DNA from: Macrostomum lignano
Taxonomy: Eukaryota
Direction: 5' to 3'
NCBI GenBank assembly: GCA_002269645.1
Contig: NIVC01003375.1
Span: forward strand, 37,132 to 101,131
DNA length: 64,000 nt
Part shown: positions 1 to 12,600 of the stretch, one piece after another
Layout of the letters: each line of letters begins with the position of its first letter
How positions within the stretch are numbered: the first letter of the stretch is position 1
Position numbers and translations under genes: made by a program
The notes under the pieces: generated by a model
The model's database searches: none
What the model saw: only the letters and a program-made list of their open reading frames with translations
Told to the model about the DNA's origin: nothing

Positions 1-180
1 CTGAGTTAAAAATGTTTCTGATAGTTTTGTAGCATTGCAACTTGAACTTCATTTGACACTGTAAATTACTGCGCTCTCACAGCTGTGCTGTCGGTGCAAT
101 ACCAGCTTTTTAATGTAAATGAAAAATTTCATCATTTTAAATTAATTTATTGTATTCTTCAGTTTTCAAATTTCTTTAAA

Positions 181-586
181 ACAGACAGACAGACAGACAG
201 GCAGACAGACAGACAGACAGGCAGACTAACAGACAGACAGACAGACAGACAGACAGGCAGACAGACAGACAGACAGACAGACAGACAGGCAGACAGACAG
301 ACAGACAGGCAGACAGACAGACAGACAGACAGGCAGACAGACAGACAGACAGGCAGGCAGACAGACAGACAGGCAGGCAGACAGACAGACAGACAGGCAG
401 GCAGACAGACAGACAGACAGACAGACAGGCAGACAGACAGACAGACAGACAGGCAGACAGACAGACAGACAGACAGACAGGCATACAGACAGACAGACAG
501 ACAGACAGGCAGACAGACAGACAGACAGACAGGCAGGCAGACAGACAGACAGACAGACAGACAGGCAGACAGACAGACAGGCAGGC

Positions 587-627
<41 letters not shown>

Positions 628-628
628 C
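181..628 (+). repeat. (AGAC)n microsatellite with AGGC variants
   Basis: Direct reading of the sequence. Confidence 0.97.
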
Positions 629-1093
629 ACCGACAGCAGATGCATAAAGCTAACCCAGAAAATCTCACAGCAACATCGATGAAGCAGCAATGTTCTAAAC
701 AGCAGCAGCAGTCATTGGGACAATTATCAGATTGCGCTGACCCTTTTATCCCTAACAGCCCTCAATTGTTTCCAAAGTGGAAAACTTTCAAGCTCTCAAG
801 CGGAACTGATGGCGGGCCTGATTGAACATGTCAGGTCAGTTCGATTCTTCGCATTTAATGCCGGCCCTAATGGCAGTGAAATTCGGATCTTGAGAGTCGC
901 TGATTGGCTGGCCGAGGGCTGCAGCTCTCCCGGTTGCACGCCGGCCGTGTCACCATGCAGCAGCGCGGCGGCCCATAAATACGGGGGCGGTTCCCTGGAG
1001 ACCACCTCAGCGAACTCCAGCGATTTTATTCACCTGCGAAGCTGCAGCTGAAGAAAGAGCGCAATAAAGTAATTGAAAAATTTTATTGGTACA

Positions 1094-4000
1094 ATGAGGC
1101 ATCCGATTGCAGCGCAGCTTCTGACTGCATTGAGTCTTCTCTGCATTGCTTACGGTAATAAACTGCTTTTTTGGTTGCCGAGCATCCCACTGGGACGATG
1201 GGTCAATTTTAGTTCAGTTAGTTCAAGTTAGTTCAAGTTTTAGTTCAATACCAGCTATTGCAGATTCAATACCAGCTGTTGCAGATTCAATACCAGCTGT
1301 TGCATTTTCAATACCAGCTGTTGCAGATTCAATACCAGCTGTTGCAGATTCAATACCAGCTGTTGCAGATTCAATACCAGCTGTTGCAGATTCAATACCA
1401 GCTGTTGCAGATTCAATACCAGCTGTTGCAGATTCAATACCAGCTGTTGCAGATTCAATACCAGCTGTTGCAGATTCAATACCAGCTGTTGCAGATTCAA
1501 TACTAGCTGTTGCAGATTCAATACCAGCTGTTGCAGATTCAATACCAACTGTTGCAGATTCAATGCCAGCTGTTGCAGATTCAATGCCAGCTGTTGCAGA
1601 TCAGTTGCATTTTTCCTCCCAATCCCACAGCAGGCAGCCCCGCCGGCCACTGCGGCAACCAGGACGGGCCACTTGGCATGATTTCGGGCGAAATCCGCGA
1701 CTGGCAGGTGACGGCTTCGTCCAGCTTCCCGGAGAAATTCTCTTGGGGCCCGGTTGCCAGGGGCATCACGCGCGACTCTACGGCCGTGACGGGCGGGCCT
1801 GGTGCCCGCAGTTCAACAGCCGCAGCGAGTGGCTGCAGATCGCGCTGGGCACGGAGGCCACGGTGACGGGGGTCATGACCCAGGGCCGCGGCGACGGCAA
1901 GGAGTGGGTCACCGCGTTCGCCGTCAACTACAGCAGCGACGCCATAAGCTGGCGGACGGTGCTGGACGAGGCTGGCAGGCCGAAGGTGAGAAGCCGAAGC
2001 TGGCAGGCCAATGCCGCTCTCTCCCATCCTTATGCTGCCCTCTTGCACTGATGGCGTCAAATTCAACTGAACTTCCAGATATTCGAAGGCAACGTGGACT
2101 CGTATTCGGTGAAGCACAATCTCTTCCAGCGGCCGTTCTCGGCCGAGTTCGTGAGGCTGCAGCCGCTGCAGTTTCACCGCCATCCCAGCATGCGAGTGGA
2201 GCTGCTGGGCTGCCAGCGTGAGTTCGCCAACAGTGGCAGTTTGCTGTTTTGTTATGATTGCTAGATTTACAGACCCGTAATAACCACCAGTCCCGGCTGT
2301 CCCAATTATGGATTGCGCGCAGTCACAAGTCCCGGATCAACTTATCAGACTGCGCAAGTCCGATGCAGGAGACTGGGACTTTATTATCGAGGCTGAATGG
2401 CAAGCCCTGTGCGCTGCTTTGCCAGTCTGGCCGATAAAATTGCTGCTTTTTCAAGTGCATTTCTAAGGATATTATTTGGCTCCCAGGCGAAGGCGGGCAT
2501 AAAAAGTCGTATCTTAAAATAACGAATACTGTTGGGATTACTGGGACCGGTATCTTTGCCTGCAATGCTGTAATGAACCAGCATCAGGGCTGTAATGAAC
2601 CAGCGTCAGGGCTGTAATGAATCAGCATCAGGGCTGTAATGAACCAGCATCAGGGCTGTAATGAACCAGCGTCAGGGCTGTAATGAACCAGCATCAGGGC
2701 TGTAATGAACCAGCATCAGGGCTGTAATGAACCAGCATCAGGGCTGTAATGAACCAGCATCAGGGCTGTAATGAACCAGCATCAGGGCTGTAATGAACCA
2801 GCGTCAGGGCTGTAATGAATCAGCATCAGGGCTGTAATGAACCAGCATCAGGGCTGTAATGAATCAGCATCAGGGCTGTAATGAACCAGCATCAGGGCTG
2901 TAATGAACCAGCATCAGGGCTGTAATGAATCAGCATCAGGGCTGTAATGAACCAGCATCAGGGCTGTAATGAACCAGCGTCAGGGCTGTAATGAACCAGC
3001 ATCAGGGCTGTAATGAACCAGCATCAGGGCTGTAATGAATCAGCATCAGGGCTGTAATGAACCAGCATCAGGTCTGTAATGAACCAGCATCAGGGCTGTA
3101 ATGAACCAGCGTCAGGGCTGTAATGAATCAGCATCAGGGCTGTAATGAACCAGCATCAGGGCTGTAATGAATCAGCATCAGGGCTGTAATGAACCAGCAT
3201 CAGGGCTGTAATGAACCAGCATCAGGGCTGTAATGAACCAGCATCAGGGCTGTAATGAATCAGCATCAGGGCTGTAATGAACCAGCATCAGGGCTGTAAT
3301 GAACCAGCATCAGGGCTGTAATGAATCAGCATCAGGGCTGTAATGAACCAGCATCAATGCTGTAATGAACCAGCATCAGGGCTGTAATGAACCAGCATCA
3401 ATGCTGTAATGAACCAGCATCAGGGCTGTAATGAACCAGCATCAATGCCGTAGTGCACCAGAATCAATGCTGTAATGAATCGGCATCACTAGGATCCATT
3501 TGAAATATGCATGAGTCCAGAGTGAAGTGCAGTGAAGGCAAACACTAATGACATCAACCCGATCATACTGACTGCCGACAGCCTGCAAGAAGTCGCTGGC
3601 TCAGCCGCCGTTCGCTCGGTTGACGGCCTCCAGCTCTCGCGGTCGGCGTGCAATGCGAACCTGCGACGCTTCGTACGGACACCTGTTCACTAGCAAGGCC
3701 TGGTGCGCCAAGCGGGTGAACAGTGAGTGACTTTACAATGTTTTTGTTGCGATGGCAACTGGGCTGGTCACCAATAGGTATAGTGCTAAGTAGGTTACAG
3801 GTAGGGTACAGGTAGTACAGGTAGGTTACAGATGTATGTTACAAGTAGGTTACAGGTTTAGGTTGCAGGCAGGTTACAGGTGTAGGTTACTGGTAGGTTA
3901 CAGGTGTAGGTTGCAGGCAGGTTACAGGTAGGTTACAGGTGTAGGTTACAAGTAGGTTACAGGTGTAGGTTGCAAGCAGGTTACAGGTAGGTTACAGGTG

Positions 4001-7000
4001 TAGGTTACAAGTAGGTTACAGGTGTAGGTTACTGGTAGGTTACAGATGTATGTTACAAGTAGGTTACAGGTGTAGGTTGCAGGCAGGTTACAGGTGTAGG
4101 TTACTGGTAGGTTACAGGTGTAGGTTGCAGGCAGGTTACAGGTAGGTTACAGATGTAGGTTACAAGTAGGTTACAGGTGTAGGTTGCAGGCAGGTTACAG
4201 GTAGGTTACAGATGTAGGTTACAAGTAGGTTACAGGTGTAGGTTGGAGGCAGGTTACAGGTAGGTTACAGGTGTAGGTTACTGGTAGGTTACAGGTGTAG
4301 GTTGCAGGCAGGTTACAGGTAGGTTACAGGTGTAGGTTACAAGTAGGTTACAGGTGTAGGTTGCAAGCAGGTTAAAGGTAGGTTACAGGTGTAGGTTACT
4401 GGTAGGTTACAGGTGTAGGTTACTGGTAGGTTACAGGTGTAGGTTGCAGGCAGGTTACAGGTAGGTTACAGGTGTAGGTTACAAGTAGGTTACAGGTGTA
4501 GGTTGCAAGCAGGTTAAAGGTAGGTTACAGGTGTAGGTTACTGGTAGGTTACAGGTGTAGGTTACTGGTAGGTTACAGGTGTAGGTTACTGGTAGGTTAC
4601 AGGTGTAGGTTACTGGTAGGTTACAGGTGTAGGTTACTGGTAGGTTACAGGTGTAGGTTACTGGTAGGTTACAGGTGTAGGTTACTGGTAGGTTACAGGT
4701 GTAGGTTGCAGGCAGGTTACAGGTTACAGGGTACGAGGTTAGCTGAAACAAACCAAGACCAAAACTGTGCAGCCAGCTCGAACAGAGCCGCCACCCACCC
4801 CCCGACCACGGATTTTAGGCGAGCAGTGGCTGGAGGTGGACCTCGGCCCGCCCGCTAGAGTTACCGGCTTGGTGACAAAAGGACGCGGCGATGGCAGGAA
4901 GGACACCTGGGTGACGTCTTACAGAGTTGCCTACAGCAACGACGGACTGTCGTGGGCCCTGTACAAAGACGCGAACCATCTTATGCCCAAGGTAAACGGT
5001 AGTTTAAGAACATTTTTGAAAGCAGCGGCTTCATTTTTATAGCTATCGAATGGACAGCAGACATGCAGTTCATTAGCAGACCACAAGGCAAGCAGTTGGC
5101 TCTGCAGTTATGATCCGAGCGTCTGGCACAAACGCGGAGGGTCGCCCACTTAGAATCATGGCTCTCACGCTGGCAAGGCGAAACTCGATCGGGCTCTGCG
5201 ACATGAATATCGGTCGGCATCTTCATCTCTGTCTCCCCCATTAGCGAATTCCGTGCATGCCAATAGGCGAGCGCACGGATTTCTCGAAGACTGGCCGCCA
5301 CGCATTTGCGCAATCCGTTATGCGCTCGGGGCAGCGCGCAACAAGTTAAAAATGCAAACACGGGCGGCCGGAAGCATCGATAAGGAGAGGATCGGCGGCG
5401 CAAGGCAAGGCAAAGTTCAGCGACATTCCACCGCCAATGCGGATGATCCCAAAGACGCCAGGGCGAGGCCAGCAGATGAGGATAGAACAGAAAGTAGACA
5501 ATTTTACTCGCAGCCATTTTAGCGATCATTTCGCAGTCTAATAATGGTCCATTACATTTCTTCGCATTCCTATTGCTGCTTTCGAGGCGTCATTAAGCTC
5601 TTCGATAGAGTACTTCGAAAGGCTTGGGGGGACTCGAATATCTCTGGCTTAATGGTTATTGCGAGATAATGAGGCCATGTAGCGATTCGAGTGTTGCAGT
5701 CGTGGGCGATTCGCTCGCGCCCAAACTCGCTTCCATATTTTATCTTTGCCGCAACTCTGGCAACATTCGACTTCGCATTTGAACTGCACTCGCACTAAAA
5801 GCGATCCAAAGACTTTCGTTTCTTCTGCTTGGCTCTGCTGGCCCCATATTGCACCGATTGATAGATGCCAAGGATATTGCAACACCGTCATTTTGTGCTA
5901 GTGGGAGCAGGTAGGACACGATGAAGTGGCCACTAAAAGGCTTTAATTTCTGCTTTTGTGTTGCCGCACCAACCCGCAGCTGTTCCGCGGCAATCACAAT
6001 CGGAACAGCGAGCGGGTGCACTACCTGTACCGGCCCTTCACCGCCCGCTACGTCCGCTTCCACCCGGTGGACTGGCACGGCGGTATCGCCATGCGAGTTG
6101 ACGTCCTCGGCTGCCACCAGACGGACTCGTGCGCCAGCGGCAGCGGCGGCGCCTTCTTCCGCGTCAGCAATTCCAGCCGCTGCCTGGCCAACCTGGCCTT
6201 CAACAAGCCGACCTGGATGGGCAGCGACGCCGCTGCCGGCGGCGGCAAGCACCGGAGGCGGCAAGTCGCCGACAGTCCCGACGGAATCACCAGCTGGGAC
6301 AAAACCGAGACCATCGGCAACAGCTGCGTGCAGGTGTCGCCCGACGCGTCTGTGGTGGGATGGCTGGTCGATCTACGATTGAAGATGCTAGTACAGGGTG
6401 TACTACTCACGGCCAGTAGGAATATCTGCGTTTTGTTCTTATATTTATGTTATACTCAATTGTAGGGCTTTCAAAACGGATTAGAGTGCATGTGTTTCAA
6501 GAGGGTTTGCTTTTCACAATAGACTGCAGAGGACGTGGCGAAATGCCTGAGTCTCAGTCAGGGTGCTCATTAAACTTTAATTTCTTCACAGACGGCACCC
6601 TGGCCGGTCCGCAGCGAAGACTGGAGGTGTACGTGGCGAGGAGATCGCGCCAGGTGATCAAGTCTGGCCGGTCGCACAGGCGCAGGATCGGGGCGAGAAA
6701 GTTTCTGTGCGGGATTGATCAGGCTGGCGCTGGCGCCGGAGCGCGTCCGCACGATCGGGTATGCTGCCTGCGTGTCTGTCTGCTCTCCCTGTGTCTGCTC
6801 ATGCTCACCCTGTGTCTGCCTGCTCACCCTGTGTCTGCTCATGCTCACCCTGTGTCTGTCTGCTCACCCTGTGTCTGTCTGCTCACCCTGTGTCTGCTCA
6901 TGCTCACCCTGTGTCTGTCTGCTCACCCTGTGTCTGTCTGCTAACCCTGTGTTTTTCTGCTAACCCTGTGTTTGTCTGCTCACCCTGTGTCTGTCTGCTC

Positions 7001-8757
7001 ACCCTGTGTCTGTCTGCTCACCCTGTGTCTGTCTGCTCACCCTGTGTCTGTCTGCTCACCCTGTGTCTGTCTGCTCACCCTGTGTCTGCTCATGCTCACC
7101 CTGTGTCTGTCTGCTCACCCTGTGTCTGTCTGCTCACCCTGTGTCTGTCTGCTCACCCTGTGTCTGCTCATGCTCACCCTGTGTCTGTCTGCTCACCCTG
7201 TGTCTGTCTGCTCACCCTGTGTCTGTCTGCTCACCCTGTGTCTGTCTGCTCACCCTGTGTCTGTCTGCCCACCATGTGTCCGCATGTTCATTCTGTTTAA
7301 TCCCACTCATTCTGTAACCATATGTTCACTCTATCCGTTCACTCTGTGCCTGTCTGTCTGTCCATCTCACCCTGTCTGTCCACTCAACCTGTCTGTCCAC
7401 TCAACCTGTCTGTCCACTCAACCTGTCTGTCCACTCAACCTGTCTGTCCACTCAACCTGTCTGTCCACTCAACCTGTCTGTCCACTCAACCTGTCTGTCC
7501 ACTCAACCTGTCTGTCCACTCAACCTGTCTGTCCACTCAACCTGTCTGTCCACTCAACCTGTCTGTCCACTCAACCTGTCTGTCCACTCAACCTGTCTGT
7601 CCACTCAACCTGTCTGTCCACTCAACCTGTCTGTCCACTCAACCTGTCTGTCCACTCAACCTGTCTGTCCACTCAACCTGTCTGTCCACTCAACCTGTCT
7701 GTCCACTCAACCTGTCTGTCCACTCAACCTGTCTGTCCACTCAACCTGTCTGTCCACTCAACCTGTCTGTCCACTCAACCTGTCTGTCCACTCAACCTGT
7801 CTGTCCACTCAACCTGTCTGTCCACTCAACCTGTCTGTCCACTCAACCTGTCTGTCCACTCAACCTGTCTGTCCACTCAACCTGTCTGTCCACTCAACCT
7901 GTCTGTCCACTCAACCTGTCTGTCCACTCAACCTGTCTGTCCACTCAACCTGTCTGTCCACTCAACCTGTCTGTCCACTCAACCTGTCTGTCCACTCAAC
8001 CTGTCTGTCCACTCAACCTGTCTGTCCACTCAACCTGTCTGTCCACTCAACCTGTCTGTCCACTCAACCTGTCTGTCCACTCAACCTGTCTGTCCACTCA
8101 ACCTGTCTGTCCACTCAACCTGTCTGTCCACTCAACCTGTCTGTCCACTCAACCTGTCTGTCCACTCAACCTGTCTGTCCACTCAACCTGTCTGTCCACT
8201 CAACCTGTCTGTCCACTCAACCTGTCTGTCCACTCAACCTGTCTGTCCACTCAACCTGTCTGTCCACTCAACCTGTCTGTCCACTCAACCTGTCTGTCCA
8301 CTCAACCTGTCTGTCCACTCAACCTGTCTGTCCACTCAACCTGTCTGTCCACTCAACCTGTCTGTCCACTCAACCTGTCTGTCCACTCAACCTGTCTGTC
8401 CACTCAACCTGTCTGTCCACTCAACCTGTCTGTCCACTCAACCTGTCTGTCCACTCAACCTGTCTGTCCACTCAACCTGTCTGTCCACTCAACCTGTCTG
8501 TCCACTCAACCTGTCTGTCCACTCACTCTGCTTGGCACAAGCTTTAAATGCACGCAATTTGAGAGCCCCAAACAATTTTTGTCTATGGTTCAAAACTAGC
8601 CAATCACAATCCGCAGCTTCAGAGCACAATGGTCGCCTGCGGCAAGCCGATGTACGGTCGGTTCATCTACATCGAGGCGAGCACGGGCGGGACGGTGGCC
8701 AGCCCGGGCTCAGCCGGTGCTCCGCCATCGGCAATGTGCAATCTTAGAGTCTACTGA
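1094..8757 (+). CDS. Secreted tandem discoidin (F5/8 type C, FA58C) x2 + F-type lectin (FTP)-like protein, ~537 aa, 8 exons
   Basis: Exons 1094-1154 (MRHPIAAQLLTALSLLCIAY, signal-peptide-like), 1631-1985, 2079-2217, 3582-3722, 4819-4991, 5980-6415, 6592-6758, 8617-8757 (TGA). All introns are GT-AG with matching phases. FA58C motifs: GPLGMISGEIRDWQVTASSS, AWC, EWLQIALG, VTGVMTQGRG, FVRLQPLQF..PSMRVELLGC; second copy EQWLEVDLG..RYVRFHPVDWHGGIAMRVDVLGC. FTP-like: NLAFNKPTW, WLVDL, CGKPMYGRFIYI..CNLRVY. One base missing at ~1745-1752; exon sum 1613+1=1614 nt. Confidence 0.88.
1246..1602 (+). repeat. 21-bp minisatellite (TCAATACCAGCTGTTGCAGAT), ~17 copies, intron 1 of the discoidin gene
   Basis: Direct reading; gives IPAVADS repeats in the ORF track. 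Confidence 0.95.
2565..3480 (+). repeat. 22-bp minisatellite (GGGCTGTAATGAACCAGCATCA), ~40 copies
   Basis: Direct reading; intronic. Confidence 0.95.
3788..4735 (+). repeat. ~24-bp composite minisatellite based on GTAGGTTAC
   Basis: Direct reading; TCNLPVTY periodicity on the minus strand. Confidence 0.93.
6772..7270 (+). repeat. 19-bp minisatellite (TGCTCACCCTGTGTCTGTC)
   Basis: Direct reading; starts just after the 6759 donor. Confidence 0.93.
7371..8526 (+). repeat. 17-bp minisatellite (CCACTCAACCTGTCTGT), ~68 copies
   Basis: Direct reading; no unit variant noticed. Confidence 0.97.
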
Positions 8758-9634
8758 GCTCGGCGACTTTGGCACCGCCGTCTCACTCTGCTGTATTGTG
8801 CGAACTTGCGAGTAGTTCAAGTCTGGCAACTAGAAACTTGAGAAGTTTGACGCACCTAGAATTCGCTTTGCATGCCTTTCTGCTTGAGCAAAAATTGTAA
8901 AAAAAGAACAACACGAACGCAATATTCGGGCAATTTTGCTAAATATATTGCGCAACCTCAGCTCAGTACATGAGTGTCTTCTAAAAATTATGACTCGCTT
9001 TAACTTCAAGTGCTGTTAAAGTTTTTATGTAAATTAGCTCGTTTTTACTGCAGTTGTTGGAAGTGCATACAGAGAAGATGCTTTAAATAATTTTAAGAAA
9101 AAGAGGCCAGTTGGTTTTGGTAAATTGTAAAATGCCTGAAAAACTGAAGATGATGACTGGTAGCTCATATATATTATATTAAAAAATGAATAATTGCAGG
9201 ACAGATGAGAAACCTAAAAAAACTCTACCTGTTAATCAGTGCATCAATGGTGTCTGGCTTTTCCTGAAACAAAAGTTTTTGTGATGCCCACTACAGCAGA
9301 CTATCGTAGAAGATGCGAGTAGAGTTGAGACAGAAGAAGTTATGAATACAGGTAACTTTTTGGACAATGTCGCTCTCATATCATCTCGAATCCTCTGATT
9401 CAGAAGTCTCCGGTTGGTGCAGATGCTGCAAATGACAGGCTGACAATGCAGATTCAAGGTTGACAACTGCATCAAAACAAGCAAAAATGATCGAACCATT
9501 TCGCTTACCTGCATAGGCACAGATCTTCCCAGCGCAGAAAAGGCGAGTCTTTCGCAAGTTGTCAGCATTCCATTCTGAAACAGGAGCGGCACAGATGAGC
9601 TTTACAAATGGCAGGTGCAACTGAGGCTTTAGCT

Positions 9635-12600
9635 TCAGCTTACCCGAGACTTGTACTCTCGAAGGAACTCGTCAAAAAGTCTGCTGGCAGCGATGCAGTC
9701 TCTGTGCTTGTGCACCAGGCGGACCAGCAGCTCATCGTCCTGCCAGTAGTTCAGCGCCATCTGAAGCTCCTGTGTGTCAGGCTCGCTGCTGTTGAGCAGT
9801 TCTTCAAACAGAGCAGCACGACTGCTTGGACTGCTCAAGCCGAACTCCAGCTGCAAAGTCTTCATCAGTGCGTCGAAGTTCACGTAGAAGTAGTTCGTAT
9901 AGGAGTAAGTTGGAGCTGGGAAAGCTTCACTGATGTGGCAGGGCAGAAATTCGAAGACCGGCTTTTCGTTAAACTTGAAGCAGAATTTCATGGCAGAGTC
10001 GGTGCTTTGAAGGTGATTCCAAATTAGCACTTTTGCTTCATCAACAGATAGGGGTTGGTCACGTGGACAGTGAATGTCTCGACTGCCACGCTGGAGGCTT
10101 ACTTCAGCATCCAAGCGCAATGGTAGTCCGAATTTCAGACACATCAGGGCTCTCAGGCATTCCCTTGTCGTTCTGGCACAATCTGGTAATCTGTTGATCA
10201 AATTCTCCACGATATTTTGTGTTTCAGCCTCTATGTCGGCAGCATCTTCAGCCAGTTCCGCAATCACACGCTTGATGATGGGGTAAATTTTGTGGCACGG
10301 CAGTTTGACTGCTTCGTCCAAATAAGAAGACGTGTCGGATGTTGAGATGAGAATTGTGAAAGGGTGAAACCTGATCACGCCGCCCGAGGCTTGGATTCGC
10401 AGAATACTTTTGTACTTTGCGAGCAGGTCCGGCAAATCTGACAGCACACCTGTCACCACGCGACTGATCACCTCTTTGGACTGGTGATCGCCGCGCAAGT
10501 ACACTGCGGCGTCCCGCAGGAAGAAGTGCCTCATGCACTCGCTCCTACTCTGCGTCACCGTTCTGAGACCGTCTTGCAACAGCTGTAGTGACCGTCGAAC
10601 TAGCAGCAGCAAGTTTTCTGGCTTCCAGAGCTCTTTCGGAGTCTCGTCGAGCATATAGAAAAGCAGGTTTTTAGCATGGTAGGTCTTTATTCCAGTGGCT
10701 TGCTTTGCTATCACTTTCTTGATGAGGTACTTTAAGACGATAAACAGCTGTCCTTGAACAGTGGAGAGGCGCTGCATCACTGCTCGCTCGAGATGCGTGG
10801 TGCTGACGCGCATGCGGCTGCCAGCCATTCCCGGCGGCGAGGCCGAGACTGCATGGCACTCCGAGTTTTGCAGGCAGCCGCGCAAGGCCTCAAGCATAAC
10901 GTCTGGCATGCGAGACCGATAGGAGGGCTGCAGCACCTGCGCTGGTGGGTAGTTGCAGCACGGGTGGGCTCGAATCTCATCGATTGCGGGGCACAACGGC
11001 GATCCCTCGTTCATTTGATTTGGCCTCGTAACTGAAGTGATGGTGGGAGTTGTGATGGTGCCAGCTGCTGTAAAACTGTTGTAGTGAATTCGGGCATTTT
11101 TCTTTTGCAGCCCCATTCATTACTGTCTGAGGCTGAGAATAAATGCCGAGGGTCTCATCCTCATGCCAACAGCTATAACCGGCTTGCTAAGAGTTCGCAT
11201 GACTGATTGGCTTGGTTACCGTGCAAGCGTGAGTAGCTCCTGCTGCTCCCTGATGCTATACTACGGAGGTGGAACGGGAGCTCCTGATTGAGACCCGAGG
11301 GCAAGAACTGTAGCTGGGTGCTTGGGAGCTGGGTGCTGAGAGCACAAAAAAATCTATCCGTGTATGGAGTTGAAAAGTATGATACTCGTACAATGTAGAG
11401 TGGTTGGTGACTTTAGGAGAATTCACTAAGCTCACCATTGATGAGAAACTCGACATGTCCATTCTCGTAACGAACCGGAGTGCATTCGTTAGGGCAGGTG
11501 GTGCTGCTGTCCGAGTCAAGCGAGCTGACAATATGCAGCTTTGTTCCGGCCAAAATTCTTGTGATGTCGATGTCAGAGTCGTCATCGATCCGACCATCGA
11601 TTCCCGTCAGACTGCTGCCCCAACCGTCGGCAAAGCTTCCAAAGACGAAGAAGTCCCTGCACTCGCACCTCAGTCTGATCAGGTCTTGAAGAACTGCGCC
11701 TGAGCCTACCTGTAAAGTGGCTACTGCTTGGTTGAATCCCGCATCAGACATGGCGGAGGACAGTATGACTGAGAGTCGCCTGTCCTCTTTCGCCACATCA
11801 GTAAATTCGTCGCGGAATTCGATGTCCTGCCGACAGGAACCAGCAGCTGTCTGACAAGTCTTCGGATTCCAGAAGAGCTCGATGAGGTGAAACTGGCCAA
11901 ATGCTGCTGCAAAGTGAAGAGGTGACCAGCCATCTTTGTCAACAAGTTCTACATTAGCCCCTGCTTCAATAAGCTTAGCAACAACATCAGTTGGCCCGCC
12001 TTGCAGCATGGCCACATGAAGCGGAGTCCATCCATCGAATTCGCGAATGTCAATTTGACAGCCGGCCTTGATCAGAACTTCGGCAACTGCGGCTTTGCTC
12101 TGCTGGGAAACAATGTGCAAGGCGGACCAACCGATGTTTTCCCTGAGATCGATTTCTGCCCCAGATTCGATCAGCATCGAGACGACGTCAGCATGGCCGT
12201 GATTAGCTGCGAACTGCAAAGGCGAATCGCCTGCGTTCTCTTGCATGTCGACGTCTGCACCATTTTCTATCAGCAGCGATACAATGCGATCGTAGCCGTG
12301 CTGAGCTGCCATGAAAATTGGCGAATCTCCACTCGAGTCAGGACTGTTGACATCGGCCCCGGCGGAAATTAGGACGGCCACGACTTTGGCGTGACCACTC
12401 ATCGCTGCACTGTGTAGGGGTGTCGATTGGTTGCCATCTGAGCACTGAATATTTGCTCCTGCCCGAATTAGCGCCTTCACCACAGTCACGTGCCCATTCT
12501 GCGAGGCGTAGTGGAGAGGAGTCATTTGACGATTGTTGCACGTATCAACCGAGCTGTCGCTGGCGATAAGAGCTGCAACGATATTATCAAGTCCATCTTC

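Noticed and set aside
85-825. ORFs of QTDR/LSVC repeats (also 54614-55079)
   Set aside because: Translations of the (AGAC)n microsatellite, open in several frames on both strands.
900-985. Reverse CCAAT (903-907) and TATA-like CATAAATA (974-981) upstream of the discoidin gene
   Set aside because: Short motifs with no TSS evidence.
796-1051. Short ORFs 809-1051 (+) and 796-1005 (-)
   Set aside because: No recognisable motif or phase-compatible link to neighbouring exons.
4992-5979. Non-repetitive insert in discoidin intron 5 with ORFs 4981-5529 (-) and 5253-5522 (+)
   Set aside because: No domain, TIR or TSD recognised; only an 8-bp inverted match.
6972-8747. 591-aa and 425-aa ORFs
   Set aside because: Stop-free 17- and 19-bp repeats inside an intron; the real terminal exon (8617-8757) is in a different frame.
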